Source: an uncultured Planctomycetaceae bacterium
Lineage (GTDB): Bacteria > Planctomycetota > Phycisphaerae > SM23-33
Direction of reading: 5' to 3'
NCBI GenBank assembly: GCA_964583095.1
Contig: CAZOVB010000003.1
Coordinates: 562-64,561, forward strand
DNA: 64,000 bases
Numbering within the stretch: position 1 is the stretch's first letter; every line of letters begins with the position of its first letter. A model generated the notes under the pieces. That model was not told the DNA's origin. It ran no database searches and saw nothing but the letters and a program-made list of their open reading frames with translations. The translations under genes and the position numbers were made by a program. This document shows, piece after piece, positions 58,087 to 64,000 of this stretch.

Positions 58087-58933
58087 GCTTCGATTCTCCA
58101 TCTGCAGCTACAGCTTCCACCGTCTGCTGGCCGAGGGAAAGCAGGATATCTTCCAGTACATCACCGACTGCAAGGAGCTTGGCTGCTCGGAACTGGAGCC
58201 CTGGTCGGCCCACCTGGCCAAGCTCAGCAAGGGCGAAGACGCCATCTATGCCGGGCACAACCCGGGCCAGACCGACCTGACCCTCCACACCCAGGACACC
58301 GAATACCTCGATAAGGTCAAGCAGGCCGCCGACCAGGCCGGCATGCCCTTCGGGTGCATCGCCGCCGACGGCCCGTTGTACGCATGGGCTTCCGATGACA
58401 AAACCCAGCAGGCCCAGCACGAACTGGCAAAAAAATGGATCGACGTCGCCGGCCACCTCCAGGCCAAGTACATCCGCATCGACCCGGGCTGCCGGGAAGA
58501 GAAGCCCGAGCGCAAGGTGCTCGAAGCGGTGGCCGACGGATACCGCGAGTTGATCGCCTACGCCTCTTCCAAAGGCGTGAACATGCTGGTGGAAAACCAC
58601 TGGGGCTGCTCAAACCATCCGGACAACCTGCTCATGCTGCTCAACGAAGTCGACGGCCTGGGCCTGCTCTTCGATACCAACAACTGGGCCCGAGGCCAGC
58701 AAGGCAGGGGCTGGAGGGAACTGGCCCCCTACGCCAAGGCAACCCACGTCAAGTGCCTCTACTGGGCCAAGGACGGGGATGAACTGACCCAGCACGTCGG
58801 CCACGCACTGGAGCTTCTCCAGCAGGCCGGCTACAAGGGCGCCTGGGGCATCGAGAGCGTGCCGCGCGAAGTCGACGAATACCAGGGCGTCCGCAACACC
58901 ATGAACCTCATCCGCAAGTACGTAAAGGAATAG
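58085..58933 (+). CDS. sugar-phosphate isomerase/epimerase (xylose-isomerase-like TIM barrel)
   Basis: MLRFSICSYSF...ELGCSELE... is typical of the AP_endonuc_2 / xylose-isomerase-like TIM family. The ...LVENHWG... Glu motif is present. Confidence 0.65.
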   Translation: MLRFSICSYSFHRLLAEGKQDIFQYITDCKELGCSELEPWSAHLAKLSKGEDAIYAGHNPGQTDLTLHTQDTEYLDKVKQAADQAGMPFGCIAADGPLYAWASDDKTQQAQHELAKKWIDVAGHLQAKYIRIDPGCREEKPERKVLEAVADGYRELIAYASSKGVNMLVENHWGCSNHPDNLLMLLNEVDGLGLLFDTNNWARGQQGRGWRELAPYAKATHVKCLYWAKDGDELTQHVGHALELLQQAGYKGAWGIESVPREVDEYQGVRNTMNLIRKYVKE

Positions 58934-58936
58934 AAC

Positions 58937-60040
58937 GTGACAGACAAAGACATCCGTATCGGCATCATCGGTTGCGGCCTCATCGGCAAGCGCCACATCG
59001 AGAAATACCAGGCCATCCCCGGAGCGAAGATCGTAGCCCTGTGCGACATCGACGCCAAAGCCGTCCAGGACGCCTCGCAGAAGTACGACGTCTCCGAGAC
59101 GTACACCGATTACGAGGAGATGATCGCCCGGGACGATCTGGACGCCGTCGACGTCTGCCTCCACAACCAGTTGCACCGCCCGGTGAGCATCGACGCCCTC
59201 CAGGCCGGCAAGAACGTCTACTGCGAGAAGCCCATCGCAGCGACCTACGCCGATGGCCTGGCCATGGTCGAAGCGGCCAACAAGACCGGAAAGAAGCTCC
59301 ATATCCAGGTGGGCACGATGTTCGGCGACAACACCCGCGCAGCCAGGGCGATGATCGACGCCGGCAAACTCGGGGACGTCTACCACGGACGCGTCTACGT
59401 GAATCTGCGACGCAACCGTCCCTTCGTGGACGGGGCAGCCACTACGCCCGCCTTCGTCCGCAAGGAGACCGCCGGCGGCGGCGCCCTGATCGACTGGGGC
59501 ATTTACGTCATCTGCCAGGGGCTGTACCTGATGGGCAACCCCAAGCCCAAGCGCATCACCGGCCAGACCTACGACAAAATTCCCATGGATGCCCGGCGCC
59601 GGGAGGAATCCGGCTACGACGTGGAGGAAATGGGCTGCGGCTTCGTCCACTTCGAGAACGGCGCGACGATGGACGTCCTGGCCGCCTGGGCGCTGAACCT
59701 GGACAACATCTCCTCCTGCTCGATCGCGGGCGTTGACGGCGGCATCGTCATGCCCTCGTTCTTCGACCGGAGCCCCATGCAGTTCATCCACCTCGAAGAG
59801 CACATGGAGATGACCACCCAGCTTGACGCAAAGAAACTCGTCAAGCGGTGGTCGGTTCTGGATGGCCAGGGCGACGCCTACGACAGCCCGCAGCACCACT
59901 GGATCCGCGCGCTGCAGGGCAAGGTGGAACTCATGCCCACCGCCGAGGTGGCTTTGAACATGATCTTCATCGCCGAGGGAATCTACAAATCGGTCGACAT
60001 GGACCGGGAAGTGACCGCCTCGGACCTGCTTAACGGCTGA
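58937..60040 (+). CDS. Gfo/Idh/MocA-family NAD(P)-dependent oxidoreductase
   Basis: The N-terminal Rossmann segment IRIGIIGCGLIGKRHIEKY is followed by ...EKPIA..., the family signature. Confidence 0.8.
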   Translation: MTDKDIRIGIIGCGLIGKRHIEKYQAIPGAKIVALCDIDAKAVQDASQKYDVSETYTDYEEMIARDDLDAVDVCLHNQLHRPVSIDALQAGKNVYCEKPIAATYADGLAMVEAANKTGKKLHIQVGTMFGDNTRAARAMIDAGKLGDVYHGRVYVNLRRNRPFVDGAATTPAFVRKETAGGGALIDWGIYVICQGLYLMGNPKPKRITGQTYDKIPMDARRREESGYDVEEMGCGFVHFENGATMDVLAAWALNLDNISSCSIAGVDGGIVMPSFFDRSPMQFIHLEEHMEMTTQLDAKKLVKRWSVLDGQGDAYDSPQHHWIRALQGKVELMPTAEVALNMIFIAEGIYKSVDMDREVTASDLLNG

Positions 60041-60057
60041 GCCGTCAAGGACGCGAC

Positions 60058-61779
60058 ATGAAATACGAACCCCCCTATTCCATCTACTGCGACTGGGGCA
60101 TGCACGACGAGCTGGGCGACACGGTCGAGCTCGACGAGGCCATGACCTTCCGCGCACTGGACCGCCTGGAGCAGTGGAAGAACAAGTTCGGCCTGAGCTT
60201 CGACTATTACCTCTTCGACTGCTTCTGGTACGACCAGTCCAAGGGCTACATGGAGTTCAAGAAGCCCCACTGGCCCAACGGGCCCGAGAAGGCCTTTGAG
60301 CGGATCCGCAGCCTGGGCATGGCCCCGGGGCTGTGGTACTCCACCAGCGGAAGCTGGTTCAATGTCGAGGCCTGGAACCCCAGCCGGGGAACCGACGACT
60401 GGCATCACAGCATGATCGATGGGCCCTACGCCGACCTGCTGGAAGAGGCCTGGATGCACGCGGTCAACAACTGGGGCGTGCGGTTCTTCAAGCTGGACTT
60501 CGTCAACTTCGCCACCCGGACGGCCCGGTCCGACCTGGGCCATGACGAGACCTACCGGCTCGCGGTGAAGCGATTCAAGGGGATCCTGCATCGGGTCAAG
60601 CAGGCCTGTCCGGAGCTTCGGGTGCTGGTCCACTGCGGCTGGCATCGCGTCAAATGGGACCAACGCAGCGGTTCGGGAAAGTCGCCGATTCACGACCCGG
60701 CCTGGCTGGAGGTGCTCGACAAAATGTTCGCCGGCGACCCGCATCCCTGCGACATACCGCGCAGCGACCTGGTCCGCTGCAACGACCTGTTCCAGGATCA
60801 GCAGATGTGGAAGGTCAACCGCGCGGGCATGCCCCTGGAGCACCTGGACGACCACGGGGTGATGATCGGAAACACCAACACCTGCTTCTATCGAGGCAGG
60901 CACGGCTTGCGCCGCTCGCACCTGGCCCAGCTCGCCCGCGGATGCAGGCGAGACATGTACTACGGGGACCCGTCCCTGGCCAACGATGACGACGTCGAGG
61001 GCATGGCCAGGACCCGCAAGCTCTTCTTCGACGCCTACGGGCGAAACCTGCCCACCGTGGCTGTCGGAGAAGGCGAACCGGGCGTGGCCCCTTGGCACGG
61101 ATACCTTACCGGCGGGGGCGACCGCGGGCTTGCGTACCTGGTCAACGGTTCGCTGGCCAACCAGCGGGTGGAGCTGGATATCCCGGGGGTCTTTGAAGCA
61201 CGGGTGCTCTTCGGCGACGGCCCGGCGGGGCCCGACGTACAGGTGACCCCCGACGGGATCTGCCTGGATCTGCTCCCGGAGCAGATGGTTTTGGTGGGCC
61301 TGGGAGAATACGCCGACGAGGCATGGGACCTGGGTCGAAACACCGACGGCCCACAGATGGTCTCCTGCAGGCCCCTGCCGGTGAGCTTCGGCGGCGCAGG
61401 CGACTGGGATCTTCAGGCCGATCTGCCCGACTGCCTCGAAGGGAACGAAGAACTGATGGTGGTGGCTGAGGCGATGGCCGGCCCCCCCAACGGGCCGCTT
61501 TGCAGCCCGCCGTATCGCTTCGCCCGACAGGGAACCAGAAAGTCCAAGGACATGGAGCCGTTGTCACACAAGCTGCTTCGGATCGAGCTCCAGGCCGACG
61601 GAGCCGACCTGCCCTTCCGAAAACGCATCCCGGAGGTACCGGTCTTCTCGGGCGTCAGTTGGGTGGTCAAAATCTTCCCCAAGCCATCCGTCGGCCCCTG
61701 CACGTTGCGGATCAGCCAGGACTTCGAAGAGACCCGACGCATCCGCGCCAAGGCCTACGCTGTAAAGTTCGCCGAGTAG
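60058..61779 (+). CDS. putative glycoside hydrolase, alpha-galactosidase-like TIM barrel (clan GH-D-like)
   Basis: ...YYLFDCFWYD... (DDGW-like) and ...WGVRFFKLDF... (K-x-D), followed by a C-terminal beta-sandwich region. The assignment is tentative. Confidence 0.4.
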   Translation: MKYEPPYSIYCDWGMHDELGDTVELDEAMTFRALDRLEQWKNKFGLSFDYYLFDCFWYDQSKGYMEFKKPHWPNGPEKAFERIRSLGMAPGLWYSTSGSWFNVEAWNPSRGTDDWHHSMIDGPYADLLEEAWMHAVNNWGVRFFKLDFVNFATRTARSDLGHDETYRLAVKRFKGILHRVKQACPELRVLVHCGWHRVKWDQRSGSGKSPIHDPAWLEVLDKMFAGDPHPCDIPRSDLVRCNDLFQDQQMWKVNRAGMPLEHLDDHGVMIGNTNTCFYRGRHGLRRSHLAQLARGCRRDMYYGDPSLANDDDVEGMARTRKLFFDAYGRNLPTVAVGEGEPGVAPWHGYLTGGGDRGLAYLVNGSLANQRVELDIPGVFEARVLFGDGPAGPDVQVTPDGICLDLLPEQMVLVGLGEYADEAWDLGRNTDGPQMVSCRPLPVSFGGAGDWDLQADLPDCLEGNEELMVVAEAMAGPPNGPLCSPPYRFARQGTRKSKDMEPLSHKLLRIELQADGADLPFRKRIPEVPVFSGVSWVVKIFPKPSVGPCTLRISQDFEETRRIRAKAYAVKFAE

Positions 61780-61908
61780 CCTCCGCCGCAGGGCAGACAA
61801 ACGCCGCATGACGGCCAGATCCCGTAGGGCGGGCAAATCCCGAGCGCAGCCGGGGCTGCCCGCGGAACGAACGGATCCAACTGCACAGAATCCCCCTGTT
61901 CGGCCGGC

Positions 61909-63858
61909 TCAGTCCCCCGGATTCTCGATCCGCTCCAGGATGTCCGGGATGACGTTCTGCTTCATACGAATATCATCCGTATTCGACGTCCTGACGGCCA
62001 TGTGGGCCTCGAGCAGCTTTCGTATGGGGCGCCCGAGCTTCACAAGCTGCTCGACCGCCTCGCTGCGCTTTGCTTTGTCTTGCGAGGCTAGAGCGGCCAC
62101 GCACTTGGCCACCAGGTCGCGGATCTCCTGGGGCATCGACTCATCGCTGCGCTGGAGGCTGCGGACGTATTCAACCGGGATCTCCAGGTTCATCCCGCCC
62201 GGGTGGCGGAAGCTCAGGCCCCCCGGGGCCAGAATGCCCTGGTGCGAGGATCCGTCCCACATGCGAAGCTCCACCTGGCTACCTTTGCCGGCGGCAGAGA
62301 GATGATAGATCATCCCCGAGGGGACCGGAATCGTGCCGTAGGCGTTTGTCAATTGGAACTGCGTCGGGGCCAGATCTCCAAGAAGCACGTCGCCGTTGTT
62401 GAGTTCCAGCTCCAGCGGCCGGGGGATTTCCTCGGTATCGGTGGCCAGCTCGAACTGGTGGATCAGGTGAACGGGGATGGTTGCGATCCGGGCCGAATCC
62501 CGTAGCGTCACCTCCAGGGCTGATTCCGCGAGCATTCCGCCCAGTTGCCCTCCATCCCGCAAGAAAGCGGTATGGACGCCGTGGTCTTCCCGCCGCAGGA
62601 GAATGGAGGCCAGGCTCCCGGGGTCCAGTTCCACCAGGCCGTAGCGTGTGCGGAATCTCAGCTGCGCGCCCCCCGGCTCGAATGCCAGGCGGCTGCCCGA
62701 ATCCAGCACGAGATAGGGACCGCGGAAAGGCTGATCCTCGGGGCGGTCCGAGTCGATGCGGTAGGACCATTGGGAGAATCGCCACGGATCGACCGAAAAG
62801 GCCCCCGCGGCCGGGATTTCGATGCGAAGGGGACCGAGCAGGTCGCCGGCGAAGATCTGCCCGTCGCGCGTCAGCACGCGGACCTGTCTCCTTGCCCCGC
62901 CGGGCAGTCGGACCATCCCCACGACTCTCTCGGCCGGCAGTGTCAGACGCCCGAAGAACATTTCCAGTTCGAACGAATCGTTGAGGACCTTTCCCAGCAG
63001 GCGATCCGGGCCGGCCAGTTGGATCACATCATTCCACGGGTCACGATCGAGCTCCAGCGAGGTCAGCGGATTGCCTGCGCCGAAGTTCAGGATCATCTTC
63101 CGGGCCTTGGGCGGAAGGTCCCGCATGAGCTTGCGGTAGGGAAGCTTGCCGTTGAGGAGTTCCTCCAGCCTGGCCGGCTGATGGCCCTGGCTGTGGAAGT
63201 AACAGACAGCCACCGTGGACTTGGCCGGGACACTCACGCGGTAGCGGACGTTGATCTGCGTACCGTTGATCTCCACCGACGGGCGGAGCTTGCCCCCGGG
63301 CCCGCAGAGAATCTGCGCAACACCCGGCGTGTTTCCCTGGTTGTGAGCGGGCAGCGTATAGAAGCCCCAGTCCTTTGGACCGAAGTCCCGATCGGCATCG
63401 GTGGTCTTCATGGCCCCGATTCCGTAGTTCATGTGCGAGTAGACACGCACTTCCACCGAGACGGGCTGGTCGGAGATATTCTCCAGGACCTCAAGCCAGC
63501 GGCAGAGGGGGAACTGCTTGTATACGCGCACCCGGCGGTAGGTTCGCAGGCCCTGGTGGTTCTGGTGTTGGCTGGGGCCCAGTTGCACCTCGCGACCATC
63601 CTGGCTGAGGGTGCCCTGCGAGTGGGACCGCGAAGAGCCGTCGATGTACAGATAGGCCCCGTTGCCGTAGGCGTAGTTGGTTCCCGAGCCGATGTGCCCC
63701 CCGTACTGGATATCCCACAGGAAGTCTTTGGAATCCGAAAGCCGGTAGGGAAAGGACGTGGCGCGTTGTTTGGGCAGAAGGAGAGGATTCTGGGCCATGG
63801 CGTGCGACGAACTCAGCAGCATCAGACCCAGCAGTAAACCTTTGGCTCTGCAGCGCAT
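61909..63858 (-). CDS. secreted hypothetical protein
   Basis: The signal peptide MRCRAKGLLLGLMLLSSSHAMAQ is taken as the start; the ORF extends a further 8 codons upstream to 63882. Its composition is typical of secreted proteins (Y/N/G-rich). The overlapping plus-strand ORF looks like antisense. Confidence 0.5.
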   Translation of the reverse strand: MRCRAKGLLLGLMLLSSSHAMAQNPLLLPKQRATSFPYRLSDSKDFLWDIQYGGHIGSGTNYAYGNGAYLYIDGSSRSHSQGTLSQDGREVQLGPSQHQNHQGLRTYRRVRVYKQFPLCRWLEVLENISDQPVSVEVRVYSHMNYGIGAMKTTDADRDFGPKDWGFYTLPAHNQGNTPGVAQILCGPGGKLRPSVEINGTQINVRYRVSVPAKSTVAVCYFHSQGHQPARLEELLNGKLPYRKLMRDLPPKARKMILNFGAGNPLTSLELDRDPWNDVIQLAGPDRLLGKVLNDSFELEMFFGRLTLPAERVVGMVRLPGGARRQVRVLTRDGQIFAGDLLGPLRIEIPAAGAFSVDPWRFSQWSYRIDSDRPEDQPFRGPYLVLDSGSRLAFEPGGAQLRFRTRYGLVELDPGSLASILLRREDHGVHTAFLRDGGQLGGMLAESALEVTLRDSARIATIPVHLIHQFELATDTEEIPRPLELELNNGDVLLGDLAPTQFQLTNAYGTIPVPSGMIYHLSAAGKGSQVELRMWDGSSHQGILAPGGLSFRHPGGMNLEIPVEYVRSLQRSDESMPQEIRDLVAKCVAALASQDKAKRSEAVEQLVKLGRPIRKLLEAHMAVRTSNTDDIRMKQNVIPDILERIENPGD

Positions 63859-64000
63859 CTTCTCACTCCTTTTCCCAGCCATGCCTGCAGGCTTCGACGT
63901 CTGGGCCGGATGAAGGTTCCGGGCTCTTTGCCGAAATCATCTCGTATCGTGGGGCGATTCCGGCAGCGAAGCCAGGCGCTTCTGGGATTCCCGTAGAAAC

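Noticed and set aside
62545-63837. A 430-aa plus-strand ORF
   Set aside because: It lies antisense to the secreted protein gene, which has a signal peptide and a Tyr/Asn/Gly-rich composition.

Overview
This is a high-GC bacterial chromosomal segment, densely coded on both strands. The gene content suggests a Planctomycetota-like organism: many prepilin-type pseudopilins, a DUF1549/DUF1553 plus DUF1501 pair, a PEP-CTERM protein, and an ECF sigma factor next to a Ser/Thr kinase. This lineage is an inference from gene content only.

The main blocks, from start to end:
- **6PGDH to hexuronate genes (1-4512):** the 3' end of a 6-phosphogluconate dehydrogenase gene, two hypothetical proteins (a lipoprotein and a membrane protein), then a UxaE-like and SDR pair consistent with hexuronate catabolism.
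- **Zn-metallopeptidase to CusRS-like system (4529-10067):** an archaemetzincin-like lipoprotein, a standalone SecD-head-like exported protein, then a secreted Arg/Asp-rich tandem-repeat protein directly upstream of a CusR/CusS-like two-component system. The sensor loop of the kinase carries the same RD/DE-rich low-complexity sequence as the secreted protein.
- **T2SS/T4P-like locus (13716-27730):** about 14 kb, tightly packed on one strand. It encodes GspE, PilT, a second GspE, GspF, four tandem GspG-like pseudopilins, three minor pseudopilins and a roughly 895-aa GspK-like protein. No secretin, GspC/L/M or prepilin peptidase lies in the window.
- **Non-canonical phosphorelay (28833-34989):** a divergent CheW-like gene, a hybrid kinase (PAS-HisKA-HATPase-2xREC-Hpt), a REC-PAS-kinase, and a CheB whose receiver and methylesterase domains are separated by a single in-frame UGA.
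- **36336-39434:** tRNA-Glu(UUC) with a rho-independent terminator and a hypothetical gene, then cysE overlapped by an orphan PilT-like ATPase.
- **39751-50104:** a DUF1549/DUF1553 - DUF1501 - PPC-domain secreted-protein trio, a HAD hydrolase, a PEP-CTERM protein, an XylR-like regulator, a phosphatase and an FAD oxidoreductase.
- **50141-55025:** an ECF sigma factor divergent from a beta-barrel-like outer-membrane protein and a Ser/Thr kinase carrying a polytopic membrane domain.
- **Sugar-utilization locus (55037-61779):** two alpha-galactosidase-like (clan GH-D) hydrolases, an AraC regulator, a sugar-phosphate isomerase and a Gfo/Idh/MocA oxidoreductase.

No CRISPR array, rRNA gene or obvious transposase was seen. 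All calls rest on motif and architecture recognition by eye; no database search was run.
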